Assembly: GCA_963681965.1 (NCBI GenBank)
Contig: OY820579.1
Span: forward strand, 3,584,001 to 3,648,000
Reading direction: 5' to 3'
Origin: a bacterium
GTDB taxonomy: Bacteria > Electryoneota > JAOADG01
Length of the DNA: 64,000 nt
This document shows, piece by piece, positions 1 to 8,830 of the stretch (its first letter is position 1; the number at the start of each line of letters is the position of its first letter). Below the pieces are notes generated by a model. That model saw only the letters and a program-made list of their open reading frames with translations. It was not told where the DNA came from and did no database searches. Both the position numbers and the translations under genes were made by a program.

Positions 1-299
1 CGATGCAATCGACCATGTTCGCGTTTCTCGCATTCTATGTCGCCAGTGCCAGTTATCGCGCATTCCGCGTCCGGAACTGGATGGCGACGCTGCTGTTTAT
101 CTCGGCGGTGATTGTGATGATCGGATCGGTACCGGTCGGCGAAGCGCTCTGGTCGAAGACGGCAACGATTGCCCAGTGGATTTTGAATGTCCCGTCATTG
201 GCGGCTCAACGTGCGTTGCTGATCGGTTCGGCACTCGGTATGGTAGCAACCGGTTTGAAGACGCTGCTCGGAATTGAACGATCATGGTTGGGGCGCTAA
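1..299 (+). CDS. Membrane protein of unknown function, C-terminal part (5' truncated by window edge)
   Basis: Open frame from the window edge with about 3 hydrophobic segments; stop at 299 is followed 1 nt later by the next ATG. Confidence 0.75.
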   Translation, partial: MQSTMFAFLAFYVASASYRAFRVRNWMATLLFISAVIVMIGSVPVGEALWSKTATIAQWILNVPSLAAQRALLIGSALGMVATGLKTLLGIERSWLGR

Positions 300-300
300 G

Positions 301-1137
301 ATGACAAAATTCCTTGAAAAACTCGGTTCGCTTCCGCGCTGGTTCGTTTATATCACACTGAGTCTCGGTGTGGCACTTCCTTTGATCTTCCCGTTGAAAT
401 TGCCGGTGATCGTGAGTCCAAACAGTAAAGCGATCTACGACTATATCGAAGCGCTACCCGATTCGGCAGCAGTGCTGATCGCATTCGATTTCGATCCGAC
501 CTCGATTCCGGAATGTCAACCGATGGCGGAAGCGTTAGTCCGTCACGTGATGAAACGCAATCTCGCCTTGATCGCCTACACGAATATGCCGCAAAGCGGA
601 CCGATCACCGACCGCGTGATCACGCCACTGGCGAAGGAATTCAATAAAGTCAGTGGGAAAGATTATGTCAATCTCGGGTACAAACCGGGTAATACGATCC
701 TTCTGATGTCCCTCGGCAATTCGTGGACGAATTCGTTCCCCACCGACCAGAATGGGAACCCTACCCCAGAGATGCCGATTATCAAACGCTACTCGAGCTT
801 CCGGAAACTGTCGTTTATGGTTGATATTGCCCACGGCGCGACAGTCGACGACTTCATCAGTATCGGTCGAGCGCAATACGGTGTGCCGATGGCGTGCGGT
901 GTCACCGCCGTCAGTATTCCCGGATACAAAGCCTATATTCAATCCGGTCAATTGGTCGGTATGCTGGGTGGATTGAAAGGTGCAGCCGAATACGAGAAGA
1001 TGGTCGGAGCACCGGGAAAAGCCACCATCGGTATGGATGCACAATCGATGGCACATATCGTCATTGTGGGATTTATTTTGTTGGGCAACCTTGCGTTGAT
1101 CCCCAAGTGGTTGAATCGTCGGCGGGGAGGAAACTGA
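301..1137 (+). CDS. Membrane-anchored protein of unknown function (N- and C-terminal TM, alpha/beta middle)
   Basis: Long ORF; ATG at 301 directly after the upstream TAA; hydrophobic ends; coupled to neighbours. Confidence 0.8.
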   Translation: MTKFLEKLGSLPRWFVYITLSLGVALPLIFPLKLPVIVSPNSKAIYDYIEALPDSAAVLIAFDFDPTSIPECQPMAEALVRHVMKRNLALIAYTNMPQSGPITDRVITPLAKEFNKVSGKDYVNLGYKPGNTILLMSLGNSWTNSFPTDQNGNPTPEMPIIKRYSSFRKLSFMVDIAHGATVDDFISIGRAQYGVPMACGVTAVSIPGYKAYIQSGQLVGMLGGLKGAAEYEKMVGAPGKATIGMDAQSMAHIVIVGFILLGNLALIPKWLNRRRGGN

Positions 1138-1138
1138 T

Positions 1139-1732
1139 ATGAATATGTTCGGCACTTGGATTGGTGCAATTTTAACGCTGATTTTGTTCAGCTTCCTCTA
1201 TAAAGACAATCCGCTGTATCGATTGGCGGAAAATATCTTCGTCGGAATTTCCACCGGTTACTTTATCGCGCTGGAATGGCAGAATGTTCTGAAGCCAAAC
1301 GTCGTCGAGAAAGTGATGGCGGGTAACTGGGTACCGATTATACCGGCGATATTGGGTGTAGTGTTGTTGCTGCAGCTATCGCAGAAATACGGCTGGATCG
1401 CCCGCTATTCGATCGCGTTGTATATCGGTGTCGGTGCCGCGTTGAATATGGTGTTGTACACTCAGGGGCAGCTCATTCCGCAGATTCAAGGCACGATGCT
1501 GAAGTTGAACAGCATCTCGAATATCATCATCATCGTTGGAACGATCACTTCGCTAGCGTATTTCTTCTTTGCGATCGAGAACAAGACGTTGGGGCGGGTT
1601 TCGAAGATCGGGATAGGGTTCCTGATGATCAGTTTCGGTGCGGCGTACGGCACTACTGTGATGGGGCGTGTCTCACTGCTCATCGCTCGATTCGACTTCC
1701 TGATCAACGACTGGATCCGCGCGATGTTTTAG
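1139..1732 (+). CDS. Polytopic membrane protein of unknown function
   Basis: 197 aa with about 6 hydrophobic segments; GGAGG RBS upstream. Confidence 0.8.
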   Translation: MNMFGTWIGAILTLILFSFLYKDNPLYRLAENIFVGISTGYFIALEWQNVLKPNVVEKVMAGNWVPIIPAILGVVLLLQLSQKYGWIARYSIALYIGVGAALNMVLYTQGQLIPQIQGTMLKLNSISNIIIIVGTITSLAYFFFAIENKTLGRVSKIGIGFLMISFGAAYGTTVMGRVSLLIARFDFLINDWIRAMF

Positions 1733-1765
1733 ATTTCTAGCTTCTCGGAATGTTTTTGATTTCAA

Positions 1766-2055
1766 GTAGGGGCGGACCCCCGTGTCCGCCCGTTTTTTTT
1801 ATCTTATTTTTATCCTTTCCCTTCTTTTTTTATTCTTATTCTTTTCATTTCTTTCTTACATCTTTCATTCTTTCCCCAATTTCCATTCCCTATCCCCTAA
1901 TCCCTATCTTGTTCGTAGGGGCGTATGGCATACGCCCAATCTTGTATCTTGTTCAGTCATTGCGAGGAATGCGCCGAAAGGCGCATGACGTGGCAACCGC
2001 GCAGCGCTCACCGAAGGCAATCTCTCTTTTTCGTAGGGGCGTATGGCATGCGCCC
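1766..2055 (+). repeat. Cluster of GTAG-type REP-like palindromes
   Basis: GTAG+GGGCGGAC..GTCCGCCC (1766-1791), GTAG+GGGCGTATG..ATACGCCC (1915-1937), a third copy at 2033-2055, plus a GTCATTGCGAG..GCGCCGAAAGGCGC..GGCAACC palindrome (~1956-1998). The first also has a T-tract and may terminate the upstream operon. Confidence 0.75.
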
Positions 2056-2067
2056 AATCTTTTTTCA

Positions 2068-2441
2068 GTACTGCCGATCTCCGAATCGGCGCTTTTATCA
2101 TTTCCAGCTAGCTTTGAAAGAAATCCAAACAAACAAAAGAATGCCCAATCGGAGTTGGGCAGTACTGCCGATCTCCGAATCGGCTCTTTTATCGGTTTCA
2201 GTTGGCTATTAAATGAAAACAAACAAAAGAAAAAGATGCCCAATCGGAGTTGGGAAGTACTGCCGATCTCCGAATCGGCTCTTTTATCGTTTTCAGTTGG
2301 CTTTTAAATGAAAACAAACAAAAGAATGCCCAATCGGAGTTGGGAAGTACTGCCGATCTCCGAATCGGCTCTTTTGTCGTTTTCAGTTAGCTTTAAAAAG
2401 AAAACAAAAAAAAAAAACGCCCAATCGGAGTTGGGCAGTAC
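2068..2441. repeat. Tandem array of four ~90-95 bp REPIN/MITE-like units
   Basis: Each unit is GTAC-TGCCGATCTCCGAATCGGC...GCCCAATCGGAGTTGGG(C/A)A-GTAC; shared GTAC at 2068, 2162, 2257, 2347, 2438; the two ends are imperfect inverted copies and each is itself a hairpin. Confidence 0.85.
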
Positions 2442-2718
2442 TGCGGAAGCGGCTTTTGTATCCTTTTTGATGTCGCAACAATATCAACCATTCACTCTTC
2501 TCGGCGAGACAAATACAGAACCCTTCACAAACAATATTTATTCTTATTTAATAATATATTATAACAAACTCTCACACGATGTTTATTTTTTCACAATACT
2601 TCCGATTCCGATTTATTTTCGTTTCTTGCTGGTTCGCACTTGCATCTCTTTTTTTTTACTACTTTGTAAGTAGCCGTATCAAATTGCACTGCTTCAGCAG
2701 CACGGTATTCCAGAATTT

Positions 2719-2737
2719 GATAATGATAATGATTTCA
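2719..2737 (+). promoter_or_regulatory. Putative Fur box upstream of cassette-1 lipoprotein
   Basis: GATAATGATAATGATTTCA, 15/19 match to the classical GATAATGATAATCATTATC. Confidence 0.5.
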
Positions 2738-2880
2738 AAGTTGTTTCGCGGCTACCGAACTGCACCGAACGGCACATCCGATACGTGTCTTCGACGAACC
2801 ATGAACTGAAACCGGGGTTTTGCTTCGCGCACTGCAACAGTACAGAATCAATACCTTCCTACTCTCGAAAGGAATGAATC

Positions 2881-3783
2881 ATGAAAAAGCATCTGATCTG
2901 GATTACGCTTCTCCTCGCGTCGATTTTTGTGTATTTTGGTTGCTATAGCACCGACAATTCGAACAAGAACGGAATGAGTCCGAAAAACCATTCCGGCAAG
3001 GGTGGTGCTCAAATTGCTTCGGTTGGATTGCCGGAAGGTTGGGATGCAGTTGGCATTATTCACAACTGTGTGATGGAGTATGTAGACAGCGCACTATGCG
3101 TAGATTATAAAAACAACTGGAATGATTCAATATTGTCTTCAAATATCCGTAATTATGTAAATACATATATTAAAAATAACATAACTTTTGATACTATATT
3201 TTACACTTGTATGGATACAATGAATCTAAAATCATTGCACTCAAAACAAGAATTTATTGATTTAATAGATTATTATCGATCACAAAATTATATTACTCAA
3301 CAAGAATCTTTGTATAGTCACAGGTTTATTGACATGCTATTTAATGAAAAAATGAATGATACCTTATTTGACGACAGTCTTTTAGTCTTTAAAAATGATC
3401 TAGAGAAATTATCTTGGAAAGATGATGAGTTATTTCTCCCAACTATATTATCAGTCGCAATGCATAGTTGGGAATATGCAAAACATCGCGGTAAATTTAA
3501 CCCGCAACCAGTTGAAGATACTGTTATTATTCCCATTTCATTAGATCCTGGTTTATTAAGTTCGGATCTTTGGGGAGCAGCAGCTGGCTTTGCAGCTGGT
3601 AGAACCTTTGGATGGATTGGAGAACAAATTATCATTAATAAAGGTTTGGCTGCAATACCTGGTTTTGGACAAGGAATGGTTATAATCGGTTCAGCATGGG
3701 GTGCTGGCTATAATTCAGCCAAATACAATGCTTGGTCAATAACGACAGGTCAATGGTTAATCTGGCCACTCGTAATCTGGTAA
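2881..3783 (+). CDS. Lipoprotein with C-terminal glycine-zipper/hydrophobic tail (putative toxin, cassette 1)
   Basis: Signal peptide ending VYFG-C21; AAGGA RBS; AT-rich body; tail DLWGAAAGFAAG...GSAWGAG; first 55 aa identical to 6092..6898. Confidence 0.75.
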   Translation: MKKHLIWITLLLASIFVYFGCYSTDNSNKNGMSPKNHSGKGGAQIASVGLPEGWDAVGIIHNCVMEYVDSALCVDYKNNWNDSILSSNIRNYVNTYIKNNITFDTIFYTCMDTMNLKSLHSKQEFIDLIDYYRSQNYITQQESLYSHRFIDMLFNEKMNDTLFDDSLLVFKNDLEKLSWKDDELFLPTILSVAMHSWEYAKHRGKFNPQPVEDTVIIPISLDPGLLSSDLWGAAAGFAAGRTFGWIGEQIIINKGLAAIPGFGQGMVIIGSAWGAGYNSAKYNAWSITTGQWLIWPLVIW

Positions 3784-3927
3784 TTTCTTTACTTTCTACA
3801 ATAGTGATTTGCTTGATAATGTGCAAGAAGATTCTATCATTTAGTGCTGAAGATTCTTTTTGTCCAGAAGTCAAGTTTATTCTTCCTGAAACTTTTCTCA
3901 ATTTCTTCGAATGGAAGCAAGTGAAAT

Positions 3928-4227
3928 ATGAGCACAATCTTCATTTATGCTATTACTGTACTGTTTATTTCTGTTGCTATTCTATTAACATTTCACTTTT
4001 TTATGAGAAATAAACGTACATCTTATTCAGTCGAAGCATTATTACATAGCAATAAAGTAAATACTTTTATTCTATTATATATTGCTTTATGGCTAATAAT
4101 TGCATCCGATCATGTTGATATCGGCGTTTTCGGCTTTCGGTATCATGGATTATTTTACGTTTGTTGCCTTGGTTTATTGATTGGAATTGCTGATCTTATC
4201 TATAAGTATATCAATAAAAATAAATGA
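3928..4227 (+). CDS. Small membrane protein (putative immunity protein)
   Basis: 99 aa, about 3 TM; clear paralog of 5003..5311 (shared KVNTFILL, SDHVD, FGFxxHG). Confidence 0.75.
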   Translation: MSTIFIYAITVLFISVAILLTFHFFMRNKRTSYSVEALLHSNKVNTFILLYIALWLIIASDHVDIGVFGFRYHGLFYVCCLGLLIGIADLIYKYINKNK

Positions 4228-4286
4228 TCCTCAATCGATCATTCTGACCAAGAGTTTGTATTCAATTTCAGTAACTGATCGATATC

Positions 4287-4310
4287 GGCGGAACACACGA
4301 TTCGCCTTGA
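4287..4310. repeat. Degenerate copy of the cassette-end hairpin
   Basis: GGCGGAACACACGATTCGCCTTGA resembles GGCGGACCATTCGATCCGCCTTGA. Confidence 0.5.
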
Positions 4311-4400
4311 TCAAATTCCAGTCCCGGAAATTAATCGTAATATTTCCGGATTGATAGGCATACAAGAGGAGGGGCAACTCGAGCTACCTCTGAGGACACC

Positions 4401-4733
4401 ATGTTGTCGATCAATCTCAGTTCATTTGAAATTAGCTTGATAGCTGGAATTTTTGTGCTATTTTTGAATTTTCTTAAAATTCTGACGGTCGAGCTGCATC
4501 AAAATGAAGGATTCAAAATACTTCCAATTTTTGGCATATCGTTTACGATTGGAGGGTATTTCAGTCTTATCTTTCTTGTTCTTACAACAATGACATCACA
4601 AAAGGTAATGATCGAAGATTTATTTTTAGCTACCTTTTGCGTAGTCACATTATGTTTCATAGTCAATGGAATTAGATCCTTAGTACATTTTAAACAAACC
4701 ATTAAGGCTTCACATTCTCTTAAATCGAATTGA
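4401..4733 (+). CDS. Small membrane protein (putative orphan immunity protein)
   Basis: 110 aa, about 3 TM, GAGGA RBS, followed by the shared hairpin. Confidence 0.65.
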   Translation: MLSINLSSFEISLIAGIFVLFLNFLKILTVELHQNEGFKILPIFGISFTIGGYFSLIFLVLTTMTSQKVMIEDLFLATFCVVTLCFIVNGIRSLVHFKQTIKASHSLKSN

Positions 4734-4763
4734 AGAGGATTTATTCAAAGTCGAAATAATGAA

Positions 4764-4789
4764 CAAGGCGGACCATTCGATCCGCCTTG
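4764..4789. terminator. Cassette-end hairpin / intrinsic terminator copy
   Basis: CAAGGCGGA-CCATTCGA-TCCGCCTTG followed by a T-rich stretch. Confidence 0.65.
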
Positions 4790-5002
4790 ATCCATTTTTC
4801 AATTTCTCGTTCCTCTATTACCGATATAGATATTGAATTGGAGATATCTAAAAACAATTTTACTTGACCCAAAAATATACTATCTTAACAACACAGTTGT
4901 TTTTTAACAAGACATCTTAACACCAAGTTAATGATTTATTATCTGAAGTAGCAGATTATGTATCCAAAGGCAATTTACTAAGATCGGTAGCTCGGAGATA
5001 CG

Positions 5003-5311
5003 ATGAATTCATTCACAATATATATCTACGCATTCGGGGTACTACTTCTTTCTGTTCCATTGTTGTTTGTATTCCATATTCTCACAAGAAATGTGCATTC
5101 AGCCTTCTCAACCGAAGTTCTGTTGCATCGATACAAAGTAAATACTTTTATTCTTCTGTTTATAATATTATGGTTGAGCCTCGTTTCCGATCATGTCGAC
5201 ATGAATTCGTTCGGTTTTCAATTTCACGGTTTCTATTACATCTGTTTTCTTGGATTCTTAATTGCACTGGCTGATCTATTTTTAAAACATTTCAATAAAA
5301 AACGGGATTAA
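5003..5311 (+). CDS. Small membrane protein, paralog of 3928..4227 (putative orphan immunity protein)
   Basis: 102 aa; colinear with 3928..4227; GGAG RBS. Confidence 0.75.
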   Translation: MNSFTIYIYAFGVLLLSVPLLFVFHILTRNVHSAFSTEVLLHRYKVNTFILLFIILWLSLVSDHVDMNSFGFQFHGFYYICFLGFLIALADLFLKHFNKKRD

Positions 5312-5374
5312 TCAACAGTCTATCTTAAATCTAAGGTGAAAGATCTTACGAAATCTACGAGTCTGGAAAACTCA

Positions 5375-5503
5375 AACAAGGCGGACCATTCGATCCGCCT
5401 TGTTCATTTTTCCCACGATCGAAGTTGTTCGCTACCGCTTATGGCACTCGACACAACTCATGTTCTTGTGGCAGGCAAAGCAATTTTCGTGCAGCGCAAC
5501 CTT
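5375..5503. repeat. Direct-repeat copy of the hairpin plus the 3' end of the cytochrome c gene (11505-11628)
   Basis: Near-identical to 11505-11628; minus strand reads KVALHENCFACHKNMSCVECHKR*. Confidence 0.9.
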
Positions 5504-5513
5504 GACCCCAGCT

Positions 5514-6255
5514 TCTTTTCGGAGGGGCGTCTGGCATATGCCCGATCTTTTTTCAGTACTGCCGATCTCCGAATCGGCTCTTTTGTCGTTTTCAGTTAGC
5601 TTTAAAAAGAAAACAAAAAAAAAAAACGCCCAATCGGAGTTGGGCAGTATTGCGGAAGCGGCTTTTGTATCCTTTTTGATGTCGCAACAATATCAACCAT
5701 TCACTCTTCTCGGCGAGACAAATACAGAACCCTTCACAAATAATTATTTATTCTTATTTAATAATATATTATAACAAACTCTCACACGATGTTTATTTTT
5801 TCACAATACTTCCGAATCCGATTTATTTTCATTTCTTGCTGGTTCACACTTGCATCTCTTTTTTTTTTACTACTTTGTAAGTAGCCGTATCAAATTGCAC
5901 TGCTTCAGCAGCACGGTATTCCAGAATTTGATAATGATAATGATTTCAAAGTTGTTTCGCGGCGACCGAACTGCACCGAACGGCACATCCGATAGGAGTC
6001 TTCGACGAACCATGAACTGAAACCGGGGTTTTGCTTCGCGCACTGCAACAGTACAGAATCAATACCTTCCTACTCTCGAAAGGAATGAATCATGAAAAAG
6101 CATCTGATCTGGATTACGCTTCTCCTCGCGTCGATTTTTGTGTATTTTGGTTGCTATAGTACCGACAATTCAAACAAGAACGGGATGAGTCCGAAAAACC
6201 ATTCCGGCAAGGGTGGAGCTCAAATTGCTTCGGTAGGATTGCCGGAAGGATGGGA
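5514..6255 (+). repeat. Cassette-2 constant region: decayed REP, one REPIN unit, leader and first 55 codons
   Basis: From 5556 on it is near-identical to 2347-3045; identity stops abruptly after the codons for LPEGWD. Confidence 0.9.
5930..5948 (+). promoter_or_regulatory. Putative Fur box upstream of cassette-2 lipoprotein
   Basis: Same GATAATGATAATGATTTCA as 2719-2737. Confidence 0.5.
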
Positions 6256-6898
6256 TAAAGCTGGGATCGATCACAACAAAGCAATGGAATATGCATATAA
6301 TTTTTTTAAAGACAAAATAGATTCAACATGGATAAATGATTCAATAATAAATGTAACGAAAAATATTATGATGAGATATTTTATTGATTCATTAAAATAC
6401 GATTCAAATAATTTATATTTCAAATTCGACAATATATTATTCAACAAATACACACTTGATACAGTAATAAATAATTTAAATATATTACTAGATAGCAATT
6501 TAATGACAACACGAGAGTATAATTATTCTTTGAGAATGTTTAATTTTTTATTCGATAGCTCGGTTACTGATAGTATACTTGGAGATAGTATTAATTTATT
6601 TATAAATGACTTAAACAAAATCGAATGGAACAACGATGAAAAATTATTATTTGTTTTTTCAAGTATAATGAAATATAGCTATGAATTTCACACTTCACAT
6701 AATAAAGACGGTAAATTGGATCGATTCAGTGTCAAAGAGTTAATAATAGCTGACATTCTTGGTGGTGTCGTTGGCGCGGTAATAGGAATTCGCGGTGGCT
6801 GGGTTGCAATGCTTGGATGTGGTGCGTTTTTTGCTTTCTTTTTTTCATTCCTAGATTTTGCTTTGCAAGTAATACGGGATAATGGATTGTTTTGGTAA
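6092..6898 (+). CDS. Lipoprotein with C-terminal glycine-zipper/hydrophobic tail (putative toxin, cassette 2)
   Basis: Same lipoprotein leader as 2881..3783; diverged homologous middle (GxxHNxxMEY; NDLxKxxWxxDE); tail ADILGGVVGAVIGIRGGWVAMLGCG. Confidence 0.75.
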   Translation: MKKHLIWITLLLASIFVYFGCYSTDNSNKNGMSPKNHSGKGGAQIASVGLPEGWDKAGIDHNKAMEYAYNFFKDKIDSTWINDSIINVTKNIMMRYFIDSLKYDSNNLYFKFDNILFNKYTLDTVINNLNILLDSNLMTTREYNYSLRMFNFLFDSSVTDSILGDSINLFINDLNKIEWNNDEKLLFVFSSIMKYSYEFHTSHNKDGKLDRFSVKELIIADILGGVVGAVIGIRGGWVAMLGCGAFFAFFFSFLDFALQVIRDNGLFW

Positions 6899-6913
6899 CT
6901 GATAGAGGCAAAT

Positions 6914-7273
6914 ATGAACTGGACTATAATATTCTGGGTATTTATTACGATCCAATCAATCTTATTACTATTTATCGTTTACTTCATCGATAAAATCATC
7001 TCGTTGCCGAAGTACTTTCCCTTTTTCAAAACTAAGATAACAAAAAGCTTAGTGAAAAATCGGGAGTCAAACGATTCGATCCAAAAAGATCGAAATGTTT
7101 ATCGATTTACTTGGTTATATACAACACTCTGGTTCGGTGCGTTCTCGCCAGCACATTTACTTCCGAAATGGGGAGAAAACGCTGGAATTTTCGTGATGCT
7201 TTTTTCTCTATGTGTTTATTTATTTGCACTTTTCATATATCGAAAGAAAACAAATACCGCTCAAACGGAGTAA
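6914..7273 (+). CDS. Small membrane protein (putative cognate immunity, cassette 2)
   Basis: 119 aa, about 3 TM, starts 15 nt after the lipoprotein stop, GAGG RBS. Confidence 0.7.
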   Translation: MNWTIIFWVFITIQSILLLFIVYFIDKIISLPKYFPFFKTKITKSLVKNRESNDSIQKDRNVYRFTWLYTTLWFGAFSPAHLLPKWGENAGIFVMLFSLCVYLFALFIYRKKTNTAQTE

Positions 7274-7311
7274 TCAGTCACTTTCCAAATCCAATTTTTT
7301 TTTAAAAACTA

Positions 7312-7610
7312 AAGGCGGACCATTCGATCCGCCTTGTTCAATTTTCCCACGATGGAAGTCGTTCGCTACCGCTTATGGCACTCGACGCAACTCATGTTCT
7401 TGTGGCAGGCAAAGCAATTTTCGTGCAGCGCAACCTTGACCCCAGCTTCTTTTCGGAGGGGCGTCTGGCATATGCCCGATTTTTTTTCAGTACTGCCGAT
7501 CTCCGAATCGGCTCTTTTGTCGTTTTCAGTTAGCTTTAAAAAAAGAAAACAAAAAAAAAAAACGCCCAATCGGAGTTGGGCAGTACTGCGGAAGCGGCTT
7601 TTGTATCCTT
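7312..7610. repeat. Second copy of hairpin + cytochrome c 3' end + REP/REPIN (cassette 2/3 junction)
   Basis: Near-identical to ~5378-5674, including the same junction GCAACCTT|GACCCCAGC. Confidence 0.9.
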
Positions 7611-8830
7611 TGAAACCTCTGATTTAATCCCACGTTTTTGATGATTATCTCGTATTGCCGTTAGAGCCTATAACGGAGTTTACAATGTCCCTCGTTCCCT
7701 CTACCCGCGAATGGATTACCTTCGGTGAACTAGACGATCAGTGTCGCCGTCACAAGAAGAGCATGCTTGATGAGATCGATCGGTTGATCGATTTTCGTCC
7801 GATCGAGTCGCTGCTAATGCGGATGTACCGCGGCACCCGCGGTCGCCCCCCGATCCCGCCGTTGATGTTGTTCAAAGCGTTGCTGTTGGAACAATGGTAC
7901 GGTCTGTCGGATGTACAAGTGGTGCAGGAGATCCACGACCGACGCAGCTTCGAACGGTTTATCGGTTTTACCGTTCGCGATTATCTGTTGGACGATTCGA
8001 CCCTGGTTCGGTTCCGTCAACGGTTGCGCGACTTTCGTTACGAGAAGGAATTGTTCAATGAATTGAACCGTCAGTTGGCTTCGTTCGGTCTATTCGTTCG
8101 CAGTTGTACACTGGTCGACGCGACATTGGTCAAGGGTGCCACGACTGCGGGCTCCACCCGTGCCGACGGTACTCCGGTCGACCCCGATGTAACCATCACG
8201 GTCCGCAAAGATAAACCGGTCGACGGGATGAAAGTGCATGTTTCGATGGATCATGAAAGCGAGCTGATCGAAGCAGTCGACTTGACATCGAATATTGTTC
8301 ACGACTCGCAGGTGTTCGAGGCATTGCTTCCCGACGACACCGGTGGCGTGTTTGCCGACAAGGCGTACGATTCGACGGCACACCGCAACTTGATTCACGC
8401 CCGCCACTGGTACGACGGCATTCTTCACAAGGCAAGACGCAATCGTCGCTTGACGGAACATGAGCGATGCCGCAATCGATCCAACTCACGGATCCGAAGC
8501 CGGATCGAAGCCAAGATGAACGACTTGAAGCGGTGGGGACACCTCGCGCGTTTGCGCTATTACGGTATCGAACGGAATCTGACACAAGTCTACTTTACCG
8601 CCATGGCAGTGAACTTGAAACGGGCCTGCAAACTGGTGCTGGTAACCTGAAAAACGATAAATCGGAGAGTGAACTCTGCCCAAGCAGCAGAAATCACCGA
8701 AAATCATCAAAAAATCCAACCAAAATCGACCCCAATTACACTAAAATTTGCAATTCATTTCGAAAATCGTCGAAATCAGACTGATGAGGCAAAAGAGAGT
8801 GATACAAAAGTGATTTTTTCAGAGGTTTCA
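7611..8830 (+). mobile_element. IS5-family insertion sequence
   Basis: Perfect 12-bp terminal inverted repeats TGAAACCTCTGA/TCAGAGGTTTCA; flanking CTT duplicated relative to the empty sites at ~2463 and ~5672. Confidence 0.9.
7685..8650 (+). CDS. IS5-family DDE transposase
   Basis: GRPPIPPLMLFKALLLEQWYGLSD N-domain; LVDAT / ADKAYD / RSRIE..DLK DDE motifs; GGAG before ATG 7685. Confidence 0.92.
   Translation: MSLVPSTREWITFGELDDQCRRHKKSMLDEIDRLIDFRPIESLLMRMYRGTRGRPPIPPLMLFKALLLEQWYGLSDVQVVQEIHDRRSFERFIGFTVRDYLLDDSTLVRFRQRLRDFRYEKELFNELNRQLASFGLFVRSCTLVDATLVKGATTAGSTRADGTPVDPDVTITVRKDKPVDGMKVHVSMDHESELIEAVDLTSNIVHDSQVFEALLPDDTGGVFADKAYDSTAHRNLIHARHWYDGILHKARRNRRLTEHERCRNRSNSRIRSRIEAKMNDLKRWGHLARLRYYGIERNLTQVYFTAMAVNLKRACKLVLVT

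Noticed and set aside
2068-2441. Possible CRISPR array
   Set aside because: The intervening sequences resemble each other rather than being unique spacers, the period is 90-95 bp, units have inverted ends, and no cas gene is in the window
1750-2809. ORFs over the REP/REPIN and leader region (also 5336..5774 and 7334..7627)
   Set aside because: They are translations of repeats and low-complexity tracts, with frames not conserved between copies
2998-3009. Double-glycine bacteriocin leader (KGG-A) in the lipoproteins
   Set aside because: The proteins have a Sec/lipoprotein signal, and no C39 peptidase ABC transporter is in the window
2881-6898. Diversity-generating retroelement (TR/VR pair)
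   Set aside because: No reverse transcriptase; differences between copies are not adenine-specific and the variable part is whole domains
7366-7569. Small diheme cytochrome ORF on the minus strand
   Set aside because: It is a chimera of REP sequence and the duplicated cytochrome 3' end, with no signal peptide or credible start
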